From Actinomycetales bacterium UBA1383 (GTDB taxonomy: Bacteria; Actinomycetota; Actinomycetes; Actinomycetales; Actinomycetaceae): a DNA stretch of 64,000 nt. A program made the translations under genes and the position numbers. Under the pieces are notes generated by a model. The model worked only from the letters and a program-made list of their open reading frames with translations, was not told where the DNA came from and searched no databases. The stretch lies in contig DBQX01000131.1 in the NCBI GenBank assembly GCA_002305415.1, forward strand, positions 3,781 through 67,780, in the 5' to 3' direction. Each line of letters begins with the position of its first letter. The stretch's first letter is position 1. Of this stretch, positions 9,164 through 17,503 are shown piece after piece.

Positions 9164-10297
9164 ATGATCTGGCGGAACGGCGTCGTGACGGCCAGGCGCG
9201 CCTCGTGGGAGGGCGCGTTGGAGCTCGAGGTCGAGCTGAGCGACGGCGCGGCGCCGCTCGCGGCGGGAACCCGCGTTCGTGCCCTCGCATACGTGGAACT
9301 GGTGGGCGACGGCGGTCCGGAGGTGGTGGGGCAACGCGTCCTCCTCACGGCGTCCGCGCTCGCCCGTGGGCTCGGAACGGGCGGGCTCGCGTTCGTCGTG
9401 GCCTTCCCGGACGCCCTCCCGCCCGACCCGCCTCCCGCCGCCGGCCACATCGTCAAGGCCCGCTACACCCCCCTGCAGTTCCTCACGATGGGCGTGGACG
9501 AGCAGGAGTCCCCCCACCACCGCGTGCTGGCCTCCGCCGAGACCCTCGCCGGGATGCCAGTCATCGCCGCGGACCTGCACTCGTCACTTCCCGCCATCCT
9601 CGCCGGCATCCGCGCCGTCGACCCCGCGCTGCGCGTCGCCTACCTGCACACGGACGGCGGCGCCCTGCCGGCCTGGTTCTCCCGCACCGTCGCGGCCCTG
9701 CGCACCGCCGGGTGGCTCGCCACGACCGTGACCACCGGGCAGTCGTTCGGCGGTGACCTCGAGGCCGTGAACGTCCACTCCGGCCTCCTCGCCGCACGCC
9801 ATGTCGCGGCGGCCGACGTCGCCATCGTGGCCCAGGGGCCGGGGAACCTCGGGACCGGGACGCCGTGGGGCTTCTCCGGGGTGGCGGTGGGTGAGGCCCT
9901 CAACGCCGCCGCCGTCCTCGGCGGCGCTCCCGTGGCCGCCCTGCGCGTGTCGGGCGCCGATCCCCGGCCTCGCCACCGGGGCATCTCGCACCACTCCCTC
10001 ACCGGGGTCGGGCGCGGGGCGCTCGCGCGCACGCTCGTCGTCGTGCCGCTGTTCGACGACGAGGTCCTCCCGGAGGGTGCCGCGCCCCTGGGCCCGCTGG
10101 ACTCGCTGATCGAGACGCAGCTGCCGGCCTTCGGGAGGCACGAGCTGCGCTACGAACCCGTCGCCGGGCTGTGGGAGGCGCTTCAGGATGTGCCGGTCCG
10201 CCTGTCGACGATGGGCCGGTCACTGTCGGAGGATCCGGCTGCGTTCCTCGCCGCCGCGGCGGCGGGACGCGTGGCGGGCCGGCTGGTCAGGAACTGA
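9164..10297 (+). CDS. DUF3866 family protein
   Basis: ORF 9062..10297 trimmed to the ATG at 9164 (a GTG at 9161 is also possible). MIWRNGVVTARRASWEGALELEVELSDG...GHIVKARYTPLQ...ISHHS resembles the conserved DUF3866 family, and the length of about 377 aa is typical. It is transcribed divergently from pafB. Confidence 0.65.
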   Translation: MIWRNGVVTARRASWEGALELEVELSDGAAPLAAGTRVRALAYVELVGDGGPEVVGQRVLLTASALARGLGTGGLAFVVAFPDALPPDPPPAAGHIVKARYTPLQFLTMGVDEQESPHHRVLASAETLAGMPVIAADLHSSLPAILAGIRAVDPALRVAYLHTDGGALPAWFSRTVAALRTAGWLATTVTTGQSFGGDLEAVNVHSGLLAARHVAAADVAIVAQGPGNLGTGTPWGFSGVAVGEALNAAAVLGGAPVAALRVSGADPRPRHRGISHHSLTGVGRGALARTLVVVPLFDDEVLPEGAAPLGPLDSLIETQLPAFGRHELRYEPVAGLWEALQDVPVRLSTMGRSLSEDPAAFLAAAAAGRVAGRLVRN

Positions 10298-10300
10298 TCC

Positions 10301-10750
10301 TCACCGGTCCGGCGGCTCGGAGAGCCGCACCAGTTCGGCCAGCCGCCGGGCCTCCCGCACCGCATGCTCGCCATCGGCTCCCTGGATGGCCATGACCGCC
10401 AGGGTGTCGCCGTCCGACAGGTCGAGGGTCACCCAGGGCCGGCCGGGACCGAACGTGACGGCCACCACCTGCGCCCAGGTGACCTCCGCGCTGAGGAACA
10501 GATTCCGGACCCGCAGTCCCTCGGGGCTGGGGATCGCGACGACGGTGCCCTGGCGGTAGACGATCACCGCGCCCGCCCCGGCGAACGCGACCGTGAGGAT
10601 GCGGTCCGCCCAGCCGTAGCCCTCCATGGTGGTGAAGCTCAGCACGAGGAGCGCCGCGACGGCGACGCCGATCAGGACGAGGAGGAACCAGGCGACCCAG
10701 CGGGCCGCCCGCGGCCGGAACGGTGCGTAGGCGTCAGATCCGGCAGGCAT
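10301..10750 (-). CDS. PH-domain-containing membrane protein (bacterial PH / LMW antigen 6-like)
   Basis: 149 aa. The N-terminal region contains hydrophobic, likely membrane-spanning segments (e.g. [22 protein letters not shown]), followed by a beta-rich domain ([42 protein letters not shown]). Such a gene is commonly found just downstream of hisG in actinobacteria. Confidence 0.6.
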   Translation of the reverse strand: MPAGSDAYAPFRPRAARWVAWFLLVLIGVAVAALLVLSFTTMEGYGWADRILTVAFAGAGAVIVYRQGTVVAIPSPEGLRVRNLFLSAEVTWAQVVAVTFGPGRPWVTLDLSDGDTLAVMAIQGADGEHAVREARRLAELVRLSEPPDR

Positions 10751-11582
10751 GGATCGAGGTCACGAGGATCGCCCGGGCGCCGATGTCGTAGAGCTGGTCC
10801 ATCACGAGGTTCGTGCGCTCGCGCGGCACCATCACGCGGACCGCGACCCACTCCGGGTCGTGCAGTGGCGAGATCGTCGGGGACTCGAAGCCCGGCGCGA
10901 TGCGCACGGCCTCCCCCACGTGCGAGGTGGGGATGTCGAAGTCCATCAGGACGTACCGGCGCGCGACGAGCACCCCCTGCAGCCGGCGCTCCAGCACGTC
11001 GAGCCCGACGGCCGTCTCGCGGTCCCGGGGGACGATGAGCACGGCCTCGGACCGGAGGATCGGCTCGCCGAACACCTCGAGGCCCGCCGCCCGCAGTGTC
11101 GAGCCGGTCTCGACGACGTCGGCGACGACGTCCGCGACCCCGAGCTGCACGGATGACTCGACAGCGCCGTCGAGATGGACAACGCTGGCGGCGACCCCGC
11201 GGGCGGCGAGGTAGTCGCCGACGAGGACGTCGTAGCTCGTCGCCACCCGCTTCCCGGCGATGTCCCCGATGGTCCGCGCCGTCCCCGTCGGGGCCGCGAA
11301 GCGGAAGGTCGACTCCGCGAAGCCGAGGACCATCCGCTCCACCGCGGCCGCGCCCGAGTCGAGCAGCAGGTCCCGGCCCGTGATCCCGGCGTCAACGGTT
11401 CCCGACCCGACGTAGACCGCGATGTCCCGGGGCCGCAGGTAGAAGAACTCGATCCCGTTCTCCGAGTCGCGGACCACCAGCTCGCGGCCCCCGTCCCGGC
11501 GCCCGCGGTACCCCGCCTCCCGCAGCATCGCGACGGCGGGGTCGGACAGCGAGCCCTTGTTGGGTACGGCGACACGCAGCAT
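10734..11582 (-). CDS. hisG: ATP phosphoribosyltransferase (long form)
   Basis: ORF 10734..11708 trimmed to the ATG at 11582 ([25 protein letters not shown]...), which overlaps the hisE stop by 1 nt (TGATG). At 282 aa it includes the C-terminal regulatory domain. Confidence 0.93.
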   Translation of the reverse strand: MLRVAVPNKGSLSDPAVAMLREAGYRGRRDGGRELVVRDSENGIEFFYLRPRDIAVYVGSGTVDAGITGRDLLLDSGAAAVERMVLGFAESTFRFAAPTGTARTIGDIAGKRVATSYDVLVGDYLAARGVAASVVHLDGAVESSVQLGVADVVADVVETGSTLRAAGLEVFGEPILRSEAVLIVPRDRETAVGLDVLERRLQGVLVARRYVLMDFDIPTSHVGEAVRIAPGFESPTISPLHDPEWVAVRVMVPRERTNLVMDQLYDIGARAILVTSIHACRI

Positions 11583-11845
11583 CACAGGTACCGGTAGACG
11601 TCCGCGAGGGTCAGACCACGGGCGATCATGAGCACCTGCAGGTGGTAGAGCAGCTGGCTGACCTCCTCGGCCATGTCGTCGTCGCTCTCGTACTCGGCGG
11701 CCATCCACACCTCGGCGGCCTCCTCCACGATCTTCTTGCCGATGGCGTGGACGCCGGAGGCGAGTTCACGCACCGTGCCGGACTCGGGATCGCTGGTCGC
11801 GGCCTTGCGGGTGAGCTCGTCGAACAGCTCCTCGAAGGTCTTCAC
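11582..11845 (-). CDS. hisE: phosphoribosyl-ATP pyrophosphatase
   Basis: 87 aa. [79 protein letters not shown] is a textbook HisE/MazG-like sequence. Confidence 0.95.
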   Translation of the reverse strand: MKTFEELFDELTRKAATSDPESGTVRELASGVHAIGKKIVEEAAEVWMAAEYESDDDMAEEVSQLLYHLQVLMIARGLTLADVYRYL

Positions 11846-11869
11846 GCCCCCAGCGTAACCGGGCGCGGA

Positions 11870-12880
11870 TCAGGGCTGGAGCGCCGTGGTCACTGCGTGG
11901 GACGGGTCGATCCCGGGATCGGCGAGCCCGCGCGCGGCCATGAACTCGTACATCACCGGCCAGCGGGCGGCGTCGACGGCGAGCGGGGTATCGCCGTACA
12001 GCTCCGAGGTGGCGCGCAGCGTCTCGAGGGCCGCCTCGTGCGCACCCGCACCCGTCAGGTCCGGGATGAAGTCGAAGCTGGCGTCAACGGCCGCCTCGGG
12101 GTCCTCGATGATGAAGCGCATGGCCCGCTCGAGAGCGCGGTTGAGGGCGGCGAGGTCCTCGGGCCGCTCCGCGATGGTCTCCTCCAGTGCCCCGACGGAG
12201 ATCCCCACCAGCGGCAGGTCCGGGCTCGAGATGGCGCGCACGGGGACCCCGTTGCGGGCGAAGTTCAGGACGTCGTTGTTCGAGAAGCCCACGACGGCGT
12301 CGACGGACCCGCCGATGAGGGCCGCCTGTTGCGTGTAGCCGATGTACTCGATGGTGACGTCGTCCTCGGTGAGCCCGGCGTCGGCCATCGCGGCGAGCAA
12401 CCAGAACCAGTTCTCCCCGTAGGGACCCGGAAGGCCCACGCTCTTCCCCGCCATGTCCGTGAGCTCGCGGATGTCGGACTCCTCGGGCACGATCAGGACC
12501 ACCGGGTACTCCTGGTACATGACCCCGAAGGTGACGACCGGCACGTCCGCGGCGTAGGCCTGCAGCATCTCGTCCGCGCCTGCGTTGACGACGTCCTCCT
12601 CCCCGGAGGAGATCGCCCCGAACAGCGACTCGGACGCCCCGTGGTGGCGCAGGGTGACCTCCAGGCCCTCGTCCTCGAAATACCCGAGCTCAGCCGCGAC
12701 GTAGAACGGGGCGAACTGGATGTTGGGGATGTAGGTGAGGCCCACGGTCAGTTCCGCCGGCGTCGCTGCCGGGCTGGAGGGTGCCGTGGTCTCCTGGGGT
12801 GTCGTCGTCTGGCCGCCCGCGCAGGCCGCCAGGCTGATTGCGAGGAGCGCTGCGGGGAGCGCCCGGGATGCCCATCTCAT
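11870..12880 (-). CDS. ABC transporter substrate-binding lipoprotein, NMT1/THI5-like (RibY-like, riboswitch-controlled)
   Basis: Signal peptide plus lipobox (MRWASRALPAALLAISLAACAGG), followed by an NMT1/ThiY-like fold (LTVGLTYIPNIQFAPFYVAAELGYFEDEGLEV). It is the second gene of the FMN-riboswitch-controlled pair. Confidence 0.8.
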   Translation of the reverse strand: MRWASRALPAALLAISLAACAGGQTTTPQETTAPSSPAATPAELTVGLTYIPNIQFAPFYVAAELGYFEDEGLEVTLRHHGASESLFGAISSGEEDVVNAGADEMLQAYAADVPVVTFGVMYQEYPVVLIVPEESDIRELTDMAGKSVGLPGPYGENWFWLLAAMADAGLTEDDVTIEYIGYTQQAALIGGSVDAVVGFSNNDVLNFARNGVPVRAISSPDLPLVGISVGALEETIAERPEDLAALNRALERAMRFIIEDPEAAVDASFDFIPDLTGAGAHEAALETLRATSELYGDTPLAVDAARWPVMYEFMAARGLADPGIDPSHAVTTALQP

Positions 12881-13628
12881 TGCGTTGTGCCACCTTCTTC
12901 TCGAGTTGTCCGATGAGGGAGTAGAGCAGGATCGCCGAACCGGCCAGGAGGACGAGCGTGGCGAACATGCCGGTCGTGTCCACCGCGTGGGACTGGGCGG
13001 TCAGGACCATGCCCAGGCCCTTGCCGCCCATCGTGAACTCCCCGACGACTGCTCCCGTCACCGAGAGGGTGAAGCCGTTGCGGAGGCCGGTGAGGATGTG
13101 GGGCATGGCGAGCGGCAGTTCGATGTGCCACAGCAGGGTGCCGGTTCCCGCGCCGTCGAGCCGCGCGGCGGAGACGATGTCCCGCGGGATCTGGCTCACG
13201 CCGAGGGCGGTGTTCAGCATGATCGGGAAGAAGACCATGATCGCGCACAGCACCACGATGGGCAGGAATCCGGGGCCGATCCAGAGGAGCAGCAGCGGCG
13301 CGAGGGCGATTGCCGGAATCGCCTGCGAGGCGGCGGCGTAGGGCTCGATGATCCGGCTGGCAACCCGGGACTTCGCGACCACCCACCCCAGGGGGATGGC
13401 GATGCTGGCGGCGATCGCGGCCCCGGTGATCGCCTCGCCGAGGGTGGAGAAGGCCGCGGCCATCAGCGTGCTCCCCCGCAGGTCGGCGGCGAGGCGCTCG
13501 GCGACGGCGGAGGGTGCTGGCAGGAAGATCGGGCTGACCAGTCCAAGGCGGCCGGAGAGCTCCCAGGCGAGGAGGATCAGCAGCCCGACGGTGAGCGGAA
13601 GGAGCCGGCCGGAGCGGATGCGGTACAC
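12690..13628 (-). CDS. ABC transporter permease (BPD_transp_1; RibX/ThiX-like, riboswitch-controlled)
   Basis: ORF 12690..13742 trimmed to the GTG at 13628, which lies 5 nt downstream of GGAAGGGG. Multi-TM permease with the EAA-loop region (..SAARLDGAGTGTLLWHIELPLAMPHILTGLRNG). The homologous core appears to end near ..LIGQLEKKVAQRNE (about 12884). The frame nevertheless stays open for another 62 non-homologous codons, overlapping the SBP gene, so the true 3' end is uncertain. Confidence 0.75.
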   Translation of the reverse strand: MYRIRSGRLLPLTVGLLILLAWELSGRLGLVSPIFLPAPSAVAERLAADLRGSTLMAAAFSTLGEAITGAAIAASIAIPLGWVVAKSRVASRIIEPYAAASQAIPAIALAPLLLLWIGPGFLPIVVLCAIMVFFPIMLNTALGVSQIPRDIVSAARLDGAGTGTLLWHIELPLAMPHILTGLRNGFTLSVTGAVVGEFTMGGKGLGMVLTAQSHAVDTTGMFATLVLLAGSAILLYSLIGQLEKKVAQRNEMGIPGAPRSAPRNQPGGLRGRPDDDTPGDHGTLQPGSDAGGTDRGPHLHPQHPVRPVLRRG

Positions 13629-13683
13629 CGGACCCCTTCCCGCTTCGGGGTACGGCGGTGGGCGCGCATGCGCGCGACAACCA

Positions 13684-13800
13684 CGTCTTCTCCCATCCGG
13701 ACTTTGACCGTCGGCTCTGGGATTCCACCAGATCGGCCACACCTGGGTGCGGTTCGCGGGCTCTCACCGCCGGTTCGGAATTTCACCGACCCCGAAGACG
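13684..13800 (-). promoter_or_regulatory. FMN riboswitch (RFN element)
   Basis: The minus strand reads CGUCUUCGGGGUCGGUGAAAUUCCGAACCGGCGGUGAGAGCCCGCGAACC...GAUCUGGUGGAAUCCCAGAGCCGACGGUCAAAGUCCGGAUGGGAGAAGACG. This matches essentially every conserved block of the RFN consensus: CUUCGGGG..GGUGAAAUUCC..ACCGGCGGU..AGCCCGCGA, ..GAUCUGGUG..A..CCAGAGCCGACGGU.A.AGUCCGGAUG..AGAAG. P1 closes as CGUCUUC/GAAGACG. It lies in the 200-nt gap between rpe and the permease. Confidence 0.92.
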
Positions 13801-13805
13801 CCTCC

Positions 13806-13811
13806 AGTATA
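13806..13811 (-). promoter_or_regulatory. candidate -10 hexamer (TATACT) for the riboswitch transcript
   Basis: The minus strand reads ...GGGCTATACTGGAGGCGUCUUC. This is a perfect TAnnnT hexamer in a GC-rich context, ending 5 nt upstream of the first P1 base. Any -35 region would fall inside the rpe 3' end. The call rests on sequence pattern only. Confidence 0.35.
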
Positions 13812-13829
13812 GCCCGCCGAGGCGGTGCC

Positions 13830-14495
13830 TCAGTCGCGGTATGCGGCCTCAGCCAGTTCGCGGAGTGCCTGGACCTCGGCAGCCGGGTCCCCGGACCGGA
13901 AGATCGCGGTCCCGGCGACGAAGTTGTTGGCGCCCGCGGCGGCGGCGCGTTCGATCGTCGCGCGCGAGATCCCGCCGTCCACCTGGACGTCGACGTTGAG
14001 GCCTGCCCGCGTGATCGCGTCGCGGGTCCGACGCACCTTGGGAAGCATGGCCTCGATGAAGGACTGCCCACCGAAGCCGGGTTCCACCGTCATCACGAGG
14101 ATGAGGTCGAACTCCTCCAGCAGGTCCAGGAAGGGGGTCACGTCGGTGGCGGGCCGGAGCGCGAGCCCTGCGCGGGCGCCAAGCTTCCGGAGCTCGCGGG
14201 CGAGCCGGATGGGGGCGACGGCGGCCTCGGCGTGGAACGTCACGTTCACGCACCCGGCTTCCGCGTAGGCGGGGGCCCACCGGTCAGGGTCCTCGATCAT
14301 GAGGTGGGTGTCCGCCGGGAGGATCCCCTGCTTGATGACGGCCTCCGCGACCGGCAGCCCGATCGAGAGGTTGGGGACGAAGTGGTTGTCCATCACGTCG
14401 ACGTGTGCGACGTCGGCACCGGCGATCTTCGTCAGCTCCCCCCGGAGGTTGCCGAAGTCGGAGTTCAGGATTGAAGGCGAAATCACGATTCCCAC
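13830..14495 (-). CDS. rpe: ribulose-phosphate 3-epimerase
   Basis: 221 aa. [17 protein letters not shown]...[16 protein letters not shown]...[15 protein letters not shown]...QVDGGI are canonical Rpe motifs. Confidence 0.95.
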   Translation of the reverse strand: MGIVISPSILNSDFGNLRGELTKIAGADVAHVDVMDNHFVPNLSIGLPVAEAVIKQGILPADTHLMIEDPDRWAPAYAEAGCVNVTFHAEAAVAPIRLARELRKLGARAGLALRPATDVTPFLDLLEEFDLILVMTVEPGFGGQSFIEAMLPKVRRTRDAITRAGLNVDVQVDGGISRATIERAAAAGANNFVAGTAIFRSGDPAAEVQALRELAEAAYRD

Positions 14496-14504
14496 CCCCA
14501 GATC

Positions 14505-15944
14505 CTATCCCTCCCGTCGCAGGACGGCACCGAACATTGCGTCCGTCCCGTGGAGGTGCGGCCAGAGCTGCGCGACGCCCGGCACCGGCGCCTCGGGTGG
14601 GGTCTCGAGGTCCAGGCCGAAGGGACGCAGCAGGGCGGGCGCATCGAGGACGGTCAGGTGGTGCCGCCGCGTCGCGTCGAGCACCTGGGTGATGGTCTCC
14701 GCCGGGTGCGGTGAACAGGTGACGTAGCAGAGGAGCCCGCCCGGTCGCAGCGCCCCCACGGCCGAGTCGATGAGGTCGCGTTGCAGGCGCGTGAGGTCCG
14801 GGACGTCGTCGGGGGTGCGGCGCCAGCGCGACTCCGGCCGGCGGCGCAGCGACCCGAGACCGGTGCAGGGTGCGTCGAGGAGCACGCGGTCGAAGTAGCC
14901 CGGATTGTCCTCGCCGATGTACCGGCCGTCGCCGAGCACGACGTCGACGACGTCGCGGAGAGGGCGGACGGCGCGACGCACGAGGTCGGCGCGGTGCTCC
15001 GCGATCTCGTTGGCGATCACGTACGCGCCCCGCGTCCGGGCGCGCGCGGCGAGCAGTGCGGTCTTCCCCCCGGGTCCCGCGCACATGTCGAGCCAGGACC
15101 GGTCGGGTCCGTCGATGGGAGCGTCGGCCGCGAGCAGCGCCATGAGCTGGGACCCCTCGTCCTGGACCCCGACGCGGCCCGCTGCCACACCGGGGACGTC
15201 ACCGGGAAGCCCTCCGGGGAGCCGCAGGCCGTAGGGCGAGTAGGGGGTGGGCTCGGCTCCCGGGAGGTGCGCGGCCAGGTCGTCCCGGCTCGCGAGGCCG
15301 GGCCGTGCGACGAGCGTCACCGCCGCGGGCGTGTTGTCGGCCTCGAGGAGGTCCACCAGGTCTCGTGGCCGTCCGTGCAGCGCGAGGGACTGGCGGAAGG
15401 CGCGGACGATCCAGGGTGGATGCGAGTGCCACGTCGCCAGTCCGTCCGGGCCGGCGGCGATCAGATCCTCCCACTCGTCCAGTGGACGGTCGGCGATGCG
15501 GCGGAGGACGGCGTTCGCCAGGGCCACCGGCGCGGGACCGGCGACCACCTTCACGAGGTTGACAGTCTCGTACACGGCCGCACGGGTGGGCACCCGCATG
15601 GCGTGGATCTGGTGGGCGCCCATCCGCAGGGCGATCCGCAGAGCCGGCTGCAGGGCGTGGACACCGCGTCCCTCGATGGTCGCGCCGATCATGGCGTCGT
15701 AACGGCCCTGCAGCCGGAGGGTGCCGTAGACGAGTTCGGTGGCGAAGGCGGCGTCACGGCCCGTCAGCCCCTCGTCCCGCAACGCGTGGGGCAGGGCCAG
15801 GTTGGCGTAGGCATCGTCCGTCTCGACCGCCGACAGCACCCGGTGCGCGCACAGGCGGATTGGGTCCGCGGCGGCACCCTCGTGCGGCGGACGGTGCGCC
15901 GGACGCCGGGAGCCCGGGCGCCCGCCGGATCGGTCCCCGGTCAT
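14505..15944 (-). CDS. rsmB: 16S rRNA (cytosine967-C5)-methyltransferase RsmB/Sun
   Basis: ORF 14505..16007 trimmed to the ATG at 15944, which overlaps the fmt stop (ATGA). A NusB-like N-terminal domain is followed by DMCAGPGGKT, DAPCTGLGSLRRRPE and YVTCSPHPAE (the SAM-binding motif and the two catalytic Cys motifs). Confidence 0.9.
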   Translation of the reverse strand: MTGDRSGGRPGSRRPAHRPPHEGAAADPIRLCAHRVLSAVETDDAYANLALPHALRDEGLTGRDAAFATELVYGTLRLQGRYDAMIGATIEGRGVHALQPALRIALRMGAHQIHAMRVPTRAAVYETVNLVKVVAGPAPVALANAVLRRIADRPLDEWEDLIAAGPDGLATWHSHPPWIVRAFRQSLALHGRPRDLVDLLEADNTPAAVTLVARPGLASRDDLAAHLPGAEPTPYSPYGLRLPGGLPGDVPGVAAGRVGVQDEGSQLMALLAADAPIDGPDRSWLDMCAGPGGKTALLAARARTRGAYVIANEIAEHRADLVRRAVRPLRDVVDVVLGDGRYIGEDNPGYFDRVLLDAPCTGLGSLRRRPESRWRRTPDDVPDLTRLQRDLIDSAVGALRPGGLLCYVTCSPHPAETITQVLDATRRHHLTVLDAPALLRPFGLDLETPPEAPVPGVAQLWPHLHGTDAMFGAVLRREG

Positions 15945-16861
15945 CCCGCCACCTCGAACAGGACGTCCGTCCGCAGCCCGCGTGCCCAGGCGCGGGCGTC
16001 CATCCACGGACGTCCCGCGGGCGAGACCGTCGTCAGGCGCACCGGCCGTGAGCCCGTCCCCACGACGACGTCGTCATCCACGCCGACCACGCCGGGCGCA
16101 AGCGGTGTCCTGTCGGACGGGACGACCGGTCCGACCTTCAGGCGCGTCCCTGTCGAGAGGACTCCCCACGCCCCGGGGACGGGGGTGAAGGCGCGCACAT
16201 GGCGGTCCACCACCTCGGCCGGGGCGGCCCACGGCACCCGCGCCTCCGCGGTCGTCACGCGGGGAGCGTGGGTCACTCCCTCCGCCGGCTGGTGGATGGG
16301 ACTCGCCGTCCCGTCGGCGATCGCGTCGAGCGCGGCCACCAGCAGCGCGGCGCCGTCCGTGGCGAGTGCGTCCAGGACGTCCCCGGACGTCTCCCGGTCG
16401 CCGATGGGCCGGTGCAGGCACCCGAGTAGCGGTCCGCTGTCGAGGCTCTCCTCGAGCAGGAAGGCACAGGCGCCCGTCTCGCGGTCCCCCGCGAGGATGG
16501 CCCGCTGCACGGGTGCGGCACCACGCCACCGGGGCAACAGCGAGAAGTGCAGGTTCACCCACGGATGGCGCTCCAGGAGCGGGCGCGGCACCATCCCGCC
16601 ATAGGCGACGACGGCGGCGGCGTCGGCCCGGACGGCGGCGAGTTCCCGCTGGATCGCCGCGTCGCGGAGCGTGGGCGGGGTGAGGGGGGTGAAGCCGTGC
16701 TCACGCGCCACCCGGGCAACCGGCGAGGACTCGAGCCTGCGGCCCCGGCCGGCCGGGGCGTCGGGACGGGTGACCACCGCCACGACCTCGTGGCGCGAGG
16801 CGAGCAGCGCCCGCAGGCTCGGGACCGCGGGCTCCGGGGTCCCCGCGAAGATGATACGCAC
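15941..16861 (-). CDS. fmt: methionyl-tRNA formyltransferase
   Basis: MRIIFAGTPEPAVPSLRALL...VVAVVTRPDAPAGRGRRL..SPV...NLHFSLLPRWRGAAPVQRAI are canonical Fmt motifs. 306 aa. Confidence 0.95.
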   Translation of the reverse strand: MRIIFAGTPEPAVPSLRALLASRHEVVAVVTRPDAPAGRGRRLESSPVARVAREHGFTPLTPPTLRDAAIQRELAAVRADAAAVVAYGGMVPRPLLERHPWVNLHFSLLPRWRGAAPVQRAILAGDRETGACAFLLEESLDSGPLLGCLHRPIGDRETSGDVLDALATDGAALLVAALDAIADGTASPIHQPAEGVTHAPRVTTAEARVPWAAPAEVVDRHVRAFTPVPGAWGVLSTGTRLKVGPVVPSDRTPLAPGVVGVDDDVVVGTGSRPVRLTTVSPAGRPWMDARAWARGLRTDVLFEVAG

Positions 16862-16870
16862 CCACCCATC

Positions 16871-17503
16871 CTAGGAGGGTGGCAGGAGGCCCAGCTGTTC
16901 GAGGGCGCCCCGCAGCGGGCCCGCGCCCTCGAATCGCAGGGCCCGGAAGCCGAGGGCGTGCGCCGTCGCCACGTTGTCGGCGTTGTCGTCGACGAAGACA
17001 CAGCCCCCGGGCCGAAGGCCGTACCGGTCGAGGAGGATCCGGAAGATCCGCGGGTCTGGTTTCGCCACCCCCTCGTGTCCCGAGACGACGACGCCCTGAA
17101 GGAGGTGGAACCCCGGGACGTGACGCGCGTGGTGGAAGTCCTCGGCGGCCCAGTTCGTGAGCCCGAACTGCGGGATCCCGTGGGCGTGGACTTCGTTGAC
17201 CAGCTCGGCCACGCCGGGGATGGGGCCGGCGAGCGAGTCCGCGAAGTGGGAGGTGTAGTGGCGGTACACCTCGGCGAGCCAGGGGTCGATCACCTCCAGC
17301 TCGGCGGCCCCGGCCTCGTGGCTGAGGCCGGCGTCGGCTCGCCGGTTGAGGTCGTCGAAGCGGGCGCGGGCACGGAAGTCGCGCCACTCGGCGGCCGTGC
17401 AGCGCCCGATCACGGCGCGTTGCGGCTCCCACCGCACGAGGACGTTGCCGAAGTCCCAGACCACGGCCATGGGCTCAGAGGTCGGACGGATCGAGCTGGA
17501 CAC
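16871..17503 (-). CDS. HAD-IA family hydrolase
   Basis: HAD motif I-like VVWDFGNVL, motif III/IV VAKPDPRIF...CVFVDDNADNV, about 200 aa. The start is uncertain: 17503 overlaps the priA 3' end, and the ATG at 17470 (MAVVWDFGNV) is an alternative. Confidence 0.75.
   Translation of the reverse strand: MSSSIRPTSEPMAVVWDFGNVLVRWEPQRAVIGRCTAAEWRDFRARARFDDLNRRADAGLSHEAGAAELEVIDPWLAEVYRHYTSHFADSLAGPIPGVAELVNEVHAHGIPQFGLTNWAAEDFHHARHVPGFHLLQGVVVSGHEGVAKPDPRIFRILLDRYGLRPGGCVFVDDNADNVATAHALGFRALRFEGAGPLRGALEQLGLLPPS

Noticed and set aside
13684-13800. I first considered a TPP riboswitch (because of the ThiXY-like cargo and a GAUCUGG motif) or a cobalamin riboswitch (because of GGUGAAAUUCC).
   Set aside because: The TPP-specific CUGAGA and ACCUGAUCUGGAUAAUGCCAGCG blocks are absent, as is the B12 box (AGCCnGGAGACCnGCC). 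The full set of RFN blocks is present (CUUCGGGG, ACCGGCGGU, AGCCCGCGA, CCAGAGCCGACGGU.AAAGUCCGGAUGGGAGAAG).
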